Assembly: GCA_951406725.2 (NCBI GenBank)
Contig: OX597815.1
Span: forward strand, 3,286,001 to 3,350,000
Length of the DNA: 64,000 nt
Source: Octopus vulgaris
Taxonomy: Eukaryota
Direction of reading: 5' to 3'
Made by a program: the position numbers and the translations under genes. The notes below the pieces were generated by a model that was not told the origin of the DNA, did no database searches, and worked only from the letters and a program-made list of their open reading frames with translations. Positions 13,063 through 26,708 of the stretch are shown here, piece after piece; positions within the stretch are counted from its first letter, which is position 1; each line of letters opens with the position of its first letter.

Positions 13063-14640
13063 CTGATATTTGCATCTTCTACAATGGTACAAATTCTTCT
13101 GGCTAGGCAGTATGGGATGTTGCGTTTTGTATGTGGTGGATGGCACGACTTAAAATTCCTAGATATAATGGTAATTAAAAAAGACACCACCATCACCACA
13201 GATATATACTATAAACACACAGACACACATCAATACCTAAATTTTAAGTCGTGCCATCCACCACATACAAAACGCAACATCCCATACTGCCTAGCCAGAA
13301 GAATTTGTACCATTATAGAAGATGCAAATATCAGGAACAAACGCCTAACAGAACTAAGAGAACTTTTGCTCAAACAAAAATACCCATCTCTACTTATAGA
13401 AAATGGCATACAGCGGGCTATAAAAATACCCATACAACAACTTAGGACAACCCAAGGAAGAGGAAAACAAGAACAAGTCATACCATTCATAGTGACACAC
13501 AACCCATGTCACCAGAATATCTTCAACATTGCCAAAGCAAACCTACCAATCATTGCCCAAAGTAATGAATTAAAAGACATAATCACGGATCGAGCTATGG
13601 TTCTTAGTAAAAGACAGCCTAAAAACTTGAAAAAATTACTAACAAAGGGAAAATTTGACCTTAGCAACAAAGACCAAACATTCACGGTATCTAAATGCAA
13701 TGATAGCCGATGTGGCACATGCCAATTCATACATACCGGCCAATATATAAACACAAAAACCGGGAAAATATTCACAAATGCGAATATGAACTGCAAAAGC
13801 AGAAATTTAATTTACTGCATCAAATGCCCAAATTGTGAAGAAATATATGTAGGTCAGACGGGAAATGCACTATCAGAACGCTCACGTGTACACCGACAAC
13901 AGATTAAAGACCCAGAGGTCCGTCAGATACCTTTGAGTAACCACCTAGCAACATGTGGTCGGAAAATATATATAATATTTCCATTCTACAAATTACACAG
14001 CCCAAGTGAAATCGAGAGGAAAATCAGAGAAAAGAATTTTATTGATAAATTCGAACCCAAGCTAAATAAGCAATAATAATAATACTTAGAGGTACTACTT
14101 CTACTGCTACGACCATGACCACTAAAAACAACAACAATACTAAAGGTGATCAAGATGAAGATAGCAGGAAAATTATCTTATTTAGGGTTAAAAATTCTAT
14201 TGCCACCACCATCACCACTAGCAACAATAATTAAGGTGCTGACAATGATGATGATGACAATTGAAATATAAAAATATAAAAATCTCTGACAAAGACTATT
14301 TACAACATTTCTAAAAATAGCCCAACAATTGCTGCCTCGGCCAGGGTTAAGATACAGAACTCTTGACATGTCCAACAAAGCGTGACGCCTAAACCAATCA
14401 GCTCAACCAACCAATCAGCTTAAGTAATTGAGTGATACTACACACTGTTTGGTCAGAATACAGTTTGCAAAACCTAGCAATCTGGAGCCCACACAGCTGT
14501 ATTTAAGGCACAGATTCAATCATCTCGCTACAGTCAAAAATTGTGAAGCATGACTGTCACAACTACTACATGAACCTGAAGATTGCAGAATTTAATGCAT
14601 GAAAGTACTAGTTCAATCAGAATGAACATTTAACATTCTA
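13063..14640 (+). mobile_element. 5'-truncated Penelope-like retroelement (RT thumb + GIY-YIG endonuclease, ORF ends 14076) with 5' inverted duplication and downstream hammerhead
   Basis: FLDI..TDIYYKHTDTHQYLNFKSCHP; CxxxxCxxC; NLIYCIKCPNCEEIYVGQTG...R..HR...E motifs of the PLE GIY-YIG domain. Confidence 0.9.
14571..14615 (+). ncRNA. minimal type I hammerhead downstream of the Penelope ORF
   Basis: TGAAC-CTGAAGA-tTGCA..TGCAt-GAAA-GTAC-TA^GTTCA. Palindromic stem III. Confidence 0.7.
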
Positions 14641-14694
14641 TTATTTTATTTTATTTTATTTTATTATATTATATTATCTTATATCATTATAAGA

Positions 14695-15290
14695 TCTCTC
14701 TATATATAAACGGCAGTTTGTCTGTCTGTGTGTCTGTGTGTCTGTCAGGTTGTACCCTGACCCTGACCACGACTCTCAACCGATTCTGATGAAACTTGAC
14801 ACACACATAGCCCAATGTCATAATTCAAAACTAACGGAGCGAAAATTTTGAAAAGTTCGACATGGGGTCGAGAATCTGAGCTTTTTATATGCAACACATT
14901 TTCTGTTGTAGTTTTCGCAACTTGCAATCGATTTTCACCAAACTCATGGTGAAGCTTAATGTTACCCTAAGAAACTTAATTCTGACGTTAGTCTTCCATG
15001 CAATACCTTACCATCAGAAAAAATCGATAAAATCATGCCATTTTGGGAAATCGCGTTCAAATTCAAGATGACATATTTTCGACAATATCTTTCACAAATT
15101 GGCAGGAATTTTTTTAAAATTCACAGCGAGCATCATGTCTTGTCCAAGGAGCTAAATGGCCCTTTTTATTCCAATATGATACTTTATTACTGGAGAAAAT
15201 CGGTTAATTAAATCATATGTGGCACACATAGCAAACCGATTTGTGTATTAAACACAAACCACAGACTGTCTAGGGGACGCAATTGGTTGG
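14695..15290 (+). mobile_element. non-autonomous Helitron-like element, 5' portion
   Basis: TC(TA)nTAAA start, (GTCT/GT)n and AACCGATTCTGATGAAACTT motif typical of Helitron left ends. 3' boundary uncertain. Confidence 0.6.
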
Positions 15291-15627
15291 GTTGAATTAT
15301 CGATAGCTGTTTGATAGTTATTTGGGAGTGAAGAGAAGACATTGCAACCTACACATGCGCCTTCGTTCCCTAGAAGGAAAGGACTAGATTGGGATTATTT
15401 CCTTATGTGTTTACGGATGGTTGAATTTTGTGTGTGTGTGTGTATACATATATGTGGGGGGGGGGGTGCGTATGTGTGTATATATAGCAGGGGGAGCATG
15501 TGCAGGCTTTCATATTACATGCAGCTTACGTCAGTTGTTCATGTATACAAAGTTGCATTAAACACACACATGTATGTATGCATGGAAAAATGTGTGTGTG
15601 AGTATAATATATATGTATGCGTGTGTG

Positions 15628-15696
<69 letters not shown>

Positions 15697-15779
15697 TCTA
15701 ATATTCATACGCATCTTTGAATATATGAATATATATCTATATACACACATATATATATATATCTCCATATCACTCTCTC

Positions 15780-15844
<65 letters not shown>

Positions 15845-15931
15845 TGTATATATATATAAATGTGACCTCGGGTGAACCATTGGCGATTTTCTCATTCTGT
15901 CTTCCCTTCTCTGGATCGTTCCTTCTCCTCT

Positions 15932-15966
15932 GTTTCCGACGAAGAACTCCGCTCGAAACGTTAAAC
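15932..15966 (+). ncRNA. minimal hammerhead-like variant
   Basis: GTTT-CCGACGA-A-GAAC.GCTC-GAAA-CG-TT^AAAC. Confidence 0.45.
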
Positions 15967-16064
15967 CCTCCTTCTTTCCTTCTTTCCTGAGCGTCCAATA
16001 ATTCTATATTTGCTCCACGTCCTCGCGTTGTTGTGTTTTTTTGTGCTTTCCTGTTTGGATTAAC

Positions 16065-16205
<141 letters not shown>

Positions 16206-16485
16206 TATCATTACAGATATAAGGTGAAATATAATTAATTTAATAAAATCAACAAATTTCACCTAGTAGTATTTCGGTATGGAAAAAGACCATATTCAGT
16301 GAAAGACTTATATAATTATAATAATAAGGGTTTTTGCAACAAGTTTCTTGACCACATACCGAAAATTTTAGAAATAGCAGCCAATGGACTACTATATAGT
16401 AGTAAGTTTGCCTTTTTATTGTCATCAAAAGTTTGTGTTTGGATAATATATTTATGTAAAAGTTGTGCAACAACTAATAAATACA

Positions 16486-19080
16486 AAATACATTCGGTTG
16501 TGCCAATTCTTTGCACGGGAAACCTGCCTTTGAGTGGCGTGTTTCCCCATTTTCTAAATTCGTCTTCGGCTTTCCTCGCCATTCTCTGCTTTGAGCATGG
16601 CGACTTCAAAGCCATGAAGTCGTTCTTCGAGAAGAACGGTGGTCTCCTTGGCAACGCTTACGACGTGTGTTTCCCCTTCCCCACAGCTTCATGAGGGAGG
16701 GAAAGAAGGGGAGGAGAAACACAGGTGCAGGTGCGAGCATGGACGCCGACACACGAAGAATTGGAAGAACCCAGACGACAGCTTCACAGTCAAACGACTA
16801 CTACGGACAACTCTACCACGACCACCACCACCATCACCACCACCACCACCACCACCACCATCACCACCACCATCACCACCACCACCACCACCACCATCAC
16901 CACCACCATCGCCGCCACCACTACCACCATCGCCACCACCACCACCACGACGATCGCAGCCACCACGACTACGACGACCACCACCACCAACAACACCATC
17001 ATCACCACCACCAGCACCACCAGCACCACCACCACCTCCACCACCACCACCACCACCATCACCATCATCACCTCCACCACCAACTCCACCACCACCACCA
17101 CCACCACCACCACCACCACCACCACCACCACCTCCACCACCACCACCACCACCATCACCAACTCCACCACCACCACCACCACCACCATCACCACCATCAC
17201 CAACTCCACCACCACCACCACCTCCACCACCAACTCCACCACCACCACCACCACCACCTCCACCACCACCACCATCACCACCTCCACCACAACCACCACC
17301 ATCACCACCTCCACCACCACCACTATCATCACCATACCACCACCACCACCACCACCACCACCACCACCACCACCATCATCACCACCACCACCACCACCAC
17401 CACCACCACCATAACCACCACCACCACCAACAACTCCACCACCACAACCAACTCCACCACCACCACCACCATAACCACCACCACCACCAACTCCACCACC
17501 ACCAACAACTCCACCGCCACCACCATCACCACAACCACCACCACCACCACCACCATCATCAACATCACCATCACCACCACCACCACCAACACCACCACCA
17601 CCACCAACTCCACCACCACCACCACCATTACCACCAACTCCACCACCACCACCACCACTATCACCACGACCACCACCACCACCATTATCACCATCACCAC
17701 CACCACCACTACCAACTCCACCACCAGCACCACCACCTCCACCACCACCATCAGCACCTCCACCACCACCACCATCATCACCATCACCACCACCACCACC
17801 ACCACCACCACCACCACCACCACCACCACCACCATCACCACCACCACCAACACCACCACCACCATCATCACCATCACCATCACCACAACCACCACCAACT
17901 CCACCACCACCACCACCACCAACACCACCAACTCCACCACCACCATCACCACCACCATCACCACCAACTCCACCACCACCAATCCACCACCACCACCACC
18001 ACCAACACACCACCAACTCCACCACCACCACCACCACCACCACCACCACACCACCACCACCACCATCCCCACCATCATCACCATCACCATCACCACCACC
18101 AACTCCACCACCACCACCACCACCACCATCATCATCACCACCAGCACCACCACCACCATCACCACCACCATCTCCACCACCACCACCATCACCACCACCA
18201 ACTCCACCACCACCACTAGCAACTCCACCACCACCACCATCACCACCGCCACCACCACCACCGCCATCACCATCATCACCAACTCCACCACCACCACCAC
18301 CACAACCACCACCATCACCACCACCATCGCCGCCACCATCACCACCACCACCATCGCCGCCACCACCATCACCACCACCACCACCACCACCACCACCACC
18401 ACCACCACCACCACCACCACCACCACCACCACCACCACCACCACCACCACCACCACCACCACCACCGTGTGTCGGCGTCCAGGCTCACACCTGCACCTGT
18501 GAAGCGTTGTCATGGAGACCACCGTTCTTCTCCCAAAAATTCTAAACTTCGTATTCTTGTAGAATCTGTCAAAATAAAACATTTTTTTCTCTTGGCTTTA
18601 TTCAGAAAATTCTAGAGTTTCTAAGATATTTGCTGTTTTTTCTTCTGCAATTTCAACCAATCAATGGCGTCTATTGCGCAACAACCAATAAATACATTCG
18701 GTTGTGCCAATTCTTTGCACGGGAAACCTGCCTTTGTGTGGCGTGTTTCCCCATTTTCTAAATTCGTCTTCGGCTTTCCTCGCCATTCTCTGCTTTGAGC
18801 ATGGCGACTTCAAAGCCATGAAGTCGTTCTTCGAGAAGAACGGTGGTCTCCTTGGCAACGCTTACGACGTGTGTTTTCCCTCCCCTCCCCTTCCCCACAG
18901 GTTCACGAGGGAGGGAAAGAAGGGGAGGAGCAAGACAGGTGCAGGTGCGAGCATGGACGTCGACACACGAAGAATTGGAAGAACCCAGACGACAACTTCA
19001 CAGTCAAACGACTACTACGGACAACTCTGCCAGGACCACCACGACCACCACTACCACCACCACCACCATCACCACCACCA
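16486..19080. repeat. ~345-bp direct duplication (16486-16830, 18690-19060) around a 1.65-kb (ACC)n tract
   Basis: Direct comparison; both copies give near-identical ORF translations. Confidence 0.9.
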
Positions 19081-19090
19081 TCTGTATATA

Positions 19091-19169
<79 letters not shown>

Positions 19170-19170
19170 C

Positions 19171-19224
<54 letters not shown>

Positions 19225-19226
19225 TC

Positions 19227-19273
<47 letters not shown>

Positions 19274-19281
19274 CTATAAAT

Positions 19282-19320
<39 letters not shown>

Positions 19321-19367
19321 CAGACAAGGAATTCCAACCTTGTCTGATTTTTACGTTTTATTTACAA

Positions 19368-19400
19368 CTAGCAGTATCGCTCGGCGTTGCTCGGGTTTGT
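19368..19400 (-). mobile_element. Helitron 3' terminus only
   Basis: Reverse complement CCCGAGCAACGCCGAGCGATACTGCTAG|T, same as the other two 3' ends. Confidence 0.6.
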
Positions 19401-19406
19401 TTAGAA

Positions 19407-19616
19407 TTGACTGCGGCCATGCTGGAGCACCGCCTTTAGTCGAGCAACTCGGGACTTATTCTTTTGTAAGCCCAGTAGTTATTCTATCGGTCTCTTTTGT
19501 CGAACCGCTAAGTTACGGGGACGTAAACACACCAGCATCGGTTGTCAAGCAATGCTAAGTGGACAAACACAGACGCACAAACATACACGCACATATATAT
19601 ATATATACATACATAC

Positions 19617-19655
<39 letters not shown>

Positions 19656-19820
19656 TACGACGGGCTTCTTTCAGTTTCCGTCTACGAAACCCACTGACAA
19701 GGCTTTGGTCGGCCCGAGGCTATAGCAGATGACACTTGCCCAAGGTACCACGCAGTGGGACTGAACCCGGAACCATGTGGTTCGTAAGCAAGCTACTTAC
19801 CACACATCCATTCCTGCGCC
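19407..19820 (-). mobile_element. SINE B
   Basis: Near full length, tRNA-like head GGCGCAGGAATGGATGTGTGGTAAG. Confidence 0.8.
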
Positions 19821-20188
19821 TATATATATGTATGTACGTATGGATGTATGTTTGTATAAACAAAACAGATGTACAAATCACACACACGCACACATGCACG
19901 CAAGCACACACACACACATACACACACTCACACTCACACCCATTCAGCAAAGTGTGACATCAGCGTTCCTCTATCAACAGTCGTCTGCGTAGTTGAAGTG
20001 TCCAACACTCGACATTCGCTCGTCGTCCTCTTTCTCCTTCGCTCCTATTTCTCTTTTCTTTTTTCTTCTATTTTACGAAACTTTACACTTGCAACCGTTG
20101 GTATGTATTTACCTACATAAACAATATACCTACCCTAAGCGGTCTATATAAGTATACGTGCAATTCTTATATATACATATACATATAT

Positions 20189-20471
20189 GGCCCAGTAGTT
20201 AGGGCAGCGGACTCGCGGTCGTAGGATCGCGGTTTCGATTCCCAGACCGGGCGTTGTGAGTGTTTATTGAGCGAAAACACCTTAAAGCTCCACGAAGCTC
20301 CGGCAAGGGATGGTGGTGATCCCTGCTGTACTCTTTTACCACTCTTTCTCCCACCCTTTCTTCTGTTGGCCTGCTCGCTTAGCCAGCGGGGTGGCGTCAT
20401 TCGAAAGCTAAAAAACAATGCGAACGCATTGTGACCAGCGATGTGTAACTACATCTGATGGACTGGTCGGT

Positions 20472-20479
<8 letters not shown>
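20189..20479 (+). mobile_element. SINE family A
   Basis: Same tRNA-like head as 1851. Confidence 0.8.
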
Positions 20480-20516
<37 letters not shown>

Positions 20517-20854
20517 ACAGTGTACATTTAGACACATAAGGAATCCACTCGTGGGATTCAACACGTTAGAAAGAACAGCTAGGTTCTATAACCACAAAAT
20601 TAGGGATAAAATTCAACAAGAACGAAATGAAAAATTAAAAGCATTTTACCATCCCTAATTTTTTGGTTATGGAACCTAGCTGTTCTTTCTCGCATGTTGA
20701 ATCCCACGAGTGGATTCCTTATGTGTTTATATGTACACAGTATTTTATGTGTAATATATAGTCTTTGGACTAAACTTTTACACGTTAGGCCACTGGAAGT
20801 GAAAATTTCTATTAATTTCCATTTCCCTTCGATATGATTATATAATCTTTTAAT

Positions 20855-21242
20855 CTTTTACTCTTTTACTTGTTTCAGTCATTTGACTGCGGCCATGCTG
20901 GAGCACCACCTTTAGCCGAGCAAATCAACCCCGGGACTTATTCTTTGTAAGCCCAGTACTTATTCTATCAGTCTCTTTTTGCTGAACCGCTAAGTGACGG
21001 GGACTTAAACACACCAGCATCGGTTGTGAAGCAATGCTAGGGGGACAAACACAGACACACATACACATATATATATATACATATATACGACAGGCTTCTT
21101 TCAGTTTCCGTCTACCAAATCCACTCACAAGGCATTGGTCGACCCGGGGCTATAGCAGAAGACATTTGCCCAAGATGCCACGCAGTTGGACTGAACCCGG
21201 AAGCATGTGGTTGGTAAGCAATCTACTTACCACACAGCCACT

Positions 21243-21245
<3 letters not shown>
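20855..21245 (-). mobile_element. SINE B
   Basis: Near identical to the 38779 copy. Confidence 0.8.
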
Positions 21246-21340
<95 letters not shown>

Positions 21341-21435
21341 TGTATGAATATATGAATATATATTTGCATATAAACATGAATATATTTATATATATGTCTG
21401 CATAACTCCATCGACCTATCTATCAATTTCTCTCT

Positions 21436-21501
<66 letters not shown>

Positions 21502-21518
21502 ATCTATCTATCTGTATA

Positions 21519-22320
21519 TAGTACCGTACAAAAGTCTTCGGCAACTTAAACTATTATAAATTTCTACTGGTTCGCTTTGCGTTTTTTTACAGATGAAACA
21601 TTGGCCCTGTTGGAATCATTTCCGTACCTAATCATTATATATGTGGTAGGGGTTCTGAATGAAAGGGGAAGATGCGAGAAGGCCATCCAAAATGCTAAAG
21701 TTTTCGGTCACCTCACATAAACCAATCAAGATACAGTGTTTTAAAACAGAAAAATGTCTATAAAGAAAATGTTTTACATAATGATCATATCAAGAAGTGA
21801 CCGTACATTGTAAATATTTCTTGTGGCTTCCCTTAGCTTGAATAATTGCTTCAATACACCTGGGAAGAGATGAGTACAAATCCTTCGCCATCTTCACAGG
21901 TATGAGATGCCACTCTCTGTGGCTGAGCTCCCACAACTCTTCAAGATTGCATGGAATCTTCTGATGAACTCTTCTCTTTAGTTCTGTCCACATTTGCTCG
22001 ATGATATTTAAGTCAAGGCTCTGAATTGGCCAGACTCTGTTGTGTCGCACGCGATCTGTGGCATGGAGCTCCGTCACGCTGAAAAGTCTCACCTTCATCC
22101 AAGTCTGCAATCAAATTGTCCTTCACCAACTGGATGTACTTGGCACTAATCAAGTGACCGACAATTTTAACCAACTTTCTTGAACAATAACTTTTTATGT
22201 ATCCCCAAAGCATCAGATTCTTACTCCCCAAACTTCACGGTTTTCGTCGTGTAACGTGGGTCGTTTCGCTTGCCTTTGAAGTTCACGCCAATAAATGCAG
22301 ACTCATCTGGGTTGGTCATC
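21519..22320 (-). mobile_element. Tc1-family DD34E transposon, 3' half, pseudogenised, with one TIR
   Basis: PDESAF, LMLWG, FQRDGAPCH, WPIQSLDLNIIEQMW, IQAKGSHKKY across frameshifts. TA followed by TAGTACCGTACAAAAGT terminus. Confidence 0.88.
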
Positions 22321-22469
22321 AGGCAGGTACGAGATCTGGGAATAAGGTAAATTGGCGTTTTGAGGACTGTGAGCCTCTGACTCAATGGCAAGATGAAAAC
22401 AACTGACTGGGAATCACAACTAGCTGGGAGTCACAACTGACTGGGAGTCACTATTGAATGGGAGTCACA

Positions 22470-22800
22470 CAAATGATTATGTGGAAAATGCTGGAAGTAC
22501 TATCATCAAACTTTGACATTGAAAGTAACCCAAACATTAGAACGGAGCGCTACTGGATAGTGCCAAAGATCCCAACATCGCCATCATGATACAGGACCAA
22601 ATACTGCAACAGCTAGAGTTTCAAGAGCTTCCAAAAACCATGAGGGATCCACATGGAGCGGATGTAGGTGCCTGGAAAGCAAAACTGGATCTCCTCCTGC
22701 CAAGAGCTCCGGATGAACTTACCGCGCGGTAGGAAACACTGACATGCGCAGCAACATGAAGCTCCTTCATTCACCAAACGCTATATATCAGAGGAGGTTT
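22470..22800 (+). mobile_element. CR1/L2-group LINE 3' remnant
   Basis: MWKMLEVLSSNFDIES...LPKTMRD...WKAKLDLLL..PDE resembles the CR1/L2 ORF2 C-terminus; contains stops. Confidence 0.6.
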
Positions 22801-23289
22801 CAAGGAATGAAAGTGTAAGAAAACTAACGGCGGTGTCACAGCATGGCCGCGGCTCTCGAGCTGAGATTATTTGAAGAGTTAAAACAAGCAACAAGGAAAG
22901 AGAATCTGGAAGTGTGAAAGTCGCACGTTTTGCGTTGATGAATTCATGGCTAAGCTATCTCTCACGAGCTGGCCGCAAAACCGACCCACAAACGCTGACA
23001 GTTGAATACGAGGAATTCCTAGCAGCTCATCTGATCTGTGATCTACGTGGTAGGACACAGTCAATGTACTGTACTGAATGAATATGAATGCTGGATTTGC
23101 AACAAAATATGCAAGAAATTTGTTAACTTTAAACGCCATTTTCTGTCCTGTGGTCACTGAAGGAGAGAAAACAAAAACAAGAAATATGATAATTTGTAAG
23201 CGAATCCACAGCCATCATGTACGTATGTGTGTATGTATAGAAATATAAATTAGATATGTTTCGACCAAAGATTGATCCAGGCCATGACT

Positions 23290-23785
23290 AACTTAATAGC
23301 ACCACCTGATATGATTATCTAAATCCTGTTTAAGTCAAGTTTTGTTTATGGTCCATTCAAGTAGTGAGTTTTTGTTGGGTCAGTTGTATCCAATTATGGG
23401 TGGCTTATCTGGTATTTCTTGAACAAATATGTCCAGATTTCGTTTAAAGGTGATGGGATCCTTTCCCTCTTTGATCTGTTCTTGGGACGATATTGAATAG
23501 GGCAGGGCCTGTTGAGGAAAAGAAATTGTCTCGTAGTGTATTCATGTGTTGTGATCCTGAATTATGTAACCCGTGGTCCTAGCCTTGAATGAATGCTGAA
23601 ACTAATGCTGAGGTCGTTTGGGCAATGCTGTCGGTATATTCTCCACATCGTGCAAATGATGTATCGCTTGCGGCGGCGCTGGAGAGAATAGAGTTTTAAT
23701 GCTTTAAGGCGGTTCCAATAAGCAAGATCACTCATACTCATAATTCTTCTACTGAATGCCCTCTGGGGTGATTCGATTCTTGAAG
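23290..23785 (-). mobile_element. CR1/L2-group LINE 3' remnant
   Basis: Reverse strand reads LKLYSLQRRRKRYIICTMWRI...LFNIVP...FKRNLDIF. Confidence 0.7.
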
Positions 23786-23789
23786 GCGA

Positions 23790-24260
23790 AGGCGTGGCTG
23801 TGTGGTAAGAAGCTTCCTTCCCAAATATATGTATCCGGGTTCAGTCCCACTGCGTGGCAGCTTAGGCAAGTGCCTTCTACTATAGCCTCGGGACGTCCAG
23901 ACCCTTGTGATTAAATCTGGTGGACGGAAACTGAAAGAAGCCCATTGTATATATATATATGTGTGTATATATATATATTAGTATTTGTGTATGTATGTAT
24001 GTATGTATGTATGTATGTATGTATGTATGCATGTGTGCTTGTCTGTGTTTGTCCCCCATTACTGCATGATAACAGATGTTGGTTTGTTTACGTCCCTGTA
24101 ACTTAACTTAGCAGTTCATCAAGCCAGACCGTAAGAGAATGAATTGCAGGCTTCAAAACAATAAGTACCGGTGGTGATTCATTCGACTCAAATCCTCCAG
24201 GGCGGTGCTCCAGCATGGCCGCGGTGAAACGATTGAAACAAGTAAAAGATTAAAGATAAA
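23790..24260 (+). mobile_element. SINE B
   Basis: Full sense-orientation copy. Confidence 0.75.
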
Positions 24261-24362
24261 ACACGCACGCACGCATGCGTGTGTGTGTGTGTTTATAAGA
24301 TGTGTGTATGTGTTTCTGTGAGTGTTTCTGCGTATGTCTACAGACCTACGTCACATGCTACC

Positions 24363-24375
24363 GTTTCTAGGCAAC
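24363..24375. promoter_or_regulatory. candidate RFX X-box
   Basis: GTTTCTAGGCAAC. Motif match only. Confidence 0.35.
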
Positions 24376-25252
24376 CAAGGTAGGACCCTTGAAATGTCGA
24401 CACCACAAGTGACGCTAAGTCATCTCTTGTATATCTCTGCTGACAGTCACAACACCTTCAACAGCGCCTCACTCACTCTCCCCCTCTCTCTCTCCCTCTC
24501 TCTCTCTTTCACTTTCCATCTCTTCCTTTCACTCTCTCTCTTTCTGTCTACTCACACACACACACACACACACGCGCGCACATTCCACACCTCCTCACTC
24601 ACAACGCCGATGGCGGTCACCATCAACACCTCGACACCGCCATCAACACTACCACCTCCACCACTACCTCTATAGCATTACTCTTACTGCAACCACTCCT
24701 TCTGCCACCACCACCACCTCCACCCTCCTCCTCCTCCGTGCCACTAATATAATCCACCAACAAACACTTCGTCTCTATTACCTTTCCTCTCACCACCACT
24801 ACCGCCGCCGCCGCCGCCATGCTCCTTAATCACCTGAACCTCGACCAACTCCGCCACCGCCACTCTTCAACACCACAGCAACCACCACCACCACCACCAC
24901 CACCACCACCGTCGCCACAATCTCCACTATTAACACATCCACGCACCCCCCGCGTCCACGTCCAACCTCTCACAGGCACCAGCCCCACCCTGCCCCACCC
25001 TGCCCCACCCCACCGCTGCTCTTCAATTAAACTCAACCCTGATTTGATCCCCGTCTGACCTTCACACGTCTCCCAGACATCACGTGTTGCTGGCACATCA
25101 CAATCAATGTGACTACGACTGCTGACGAGCGAAGATAGGCTGTGTGTGGTTGCTCGAACGGCTAGAAATAGCAGCCATATCTCCCTCAAGTCAAACCGTA
25201 ACGTCTTAAATCGGAAAAATGCGCTTCTGTAATGCGTTCTATCTGTCAACCC

Positions 25253-25330
<78 letters not shown>

Positions 25331-25331
25331 G

Positions 25332-25441
<110 letters not shown>

Positions 25442-25488
25442 TAAATGAAAGAATGGAGTCGAACGAAGATTTTAACAAAATTCCTTTA

Positions 25489-25571
25489 CTCTCGACACAT
25501 GTTTCGAAGACGGCATACTTTTAATTCCGAAGGAATAAAGGGTGCATTATGCCATCTTCTCATCAGGAAAG
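25489..25571 (-). ncRNA. type I hammerhead ribozyme, inverted copy of 25672-25754
   Basis: Reverse complement of the plus-strand motif, identical as read. Confidence 0.85.
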
Positions 25572-25671
25572 ATAAGGATTGCCTACATGGTGACCACAGT
25601 GATCACTGTGGTCACCATGTAGGCAATCATCAAAAACTTTGTTCGTCTTGTGGTTGAAAGAGGCTCCTTAT

Positions 25672-25754
25672 CTTTCCTGATGAGAAGATGGCATAATGCA
25701 CCCTTTATTCCTTCGGAATTAAAAGTATGCCGTCTTCGAAACATGTGTCGAGAG
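25672..25754 (+). ncRNA. type I hammerhead ribozyme, canonical core
   Basis: CTTTC-CTGATGA-GAAGATGGCATA..TATGCCGTCTTC-GAAA-CATGTG-TC^GAGAG. Predicted cut after 25749. Confidence 0.85.
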
Positions 25755-25951
25755 TAAAGGAATTTTTTTTTAAATCTTCGTTCGACTCCATTCTTTCATT
25801 TATTCATATAAAAAACACACAAATTTCCACACAAGAACCCGGAGTTTCTACCCTTGACAGGTCGCTTCAACCGTGTTTTCTGACGTGAATTTACTACCCA
25901 GGTATCGGTTAAACGAATTTTCCATGCTAGGATAATTCATTCACCTACTTA

Positions 25952-25987
<36 letters not shown>

Positions 25988-25988
<1 letters not shown>

Positions 25989-26378
25989 TAGCAGTATTGC
26001 CCGGCGTTGCACGGGTTTGTTTTCTTTTCGACCCTTTAGAATTGGAATTTTTGAAAAGTAAAAATTTTGTATTATGTAGCTTGTTATTCTCTTTAAGTGA
26101 ACATTTTTCTGGTTAAAATACACCGAAAAATGGTGACACAGCAGTCAAAAAGTCGTAAAAAATTGGGATTTTCATAGAAAAAAAAGCACCGTTTTGATGT
26201 AAATAATTTTTGCTTTTCACATGGTCCGATTTGAAATTTTTCTTCTACGGAAGGAAGAGCAAGCCTTCTTCTATCATACTCTCAATTTTGGTCAACTTGT
26301 GCCGCAGGGTCTCGGAGGAGATAGAGTTAGTTGAAGGCTACCAAACCTGCCATACACAGACAACTTCAGCTTTATATA
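25988..26378 (-). mobile_element. non-autonomous Helitron
   Basis: Minus strand starts TATATAAAGCTGAAGTTGTCTGTG and ends with hairpin CCCGTGCAACGCCGGG followed by CTAG. Confidence 0.75.
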
Positions 26379-26414
<36 letters not shown>

Positions 26415-26469
26415 TGTATGTATGTATATAAGAGCTAAATCTCTCTCACCCCCTCCATCTTTTATTTTA

Positions 26470-26666
26470 CGTCTTTCAATCATTTGATTGCGGCCATGCT
26501 GGAGCACCCAGGACATATTCTTTGTAAGCCTAGTACATATTCTATTGGTCTCTTTTTGCCGAACCGTTAAGTTACGGGTAAGTAAACACACCAGCATCGA
26601 TTGTCAAGCGATGGTGGGGAACCGACAAACACAGACACAAATAACAAACACACACACACACACACA

Positions 26667-26708
<42 letters not shown>

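Noticed and set aside
12670-13157. N-terminal part of the 468-aa ORF as real protein
   Set aside because: Made largely of triplet repeats plus the antisense duplicate; only the part from about 13156 is Penelope coding sequence.
16256-16305. Minus-strand hammerhead-like motif
   Set aside because: Core reads CTGAATA and the stem registers do not fit; at most a relic.
16639-18502. 526-aa and 611-aa extensin/mucin-like ORFs
   Set aside because: (ACC)n is open in all frames on both strands and there is no domain or gene structure.
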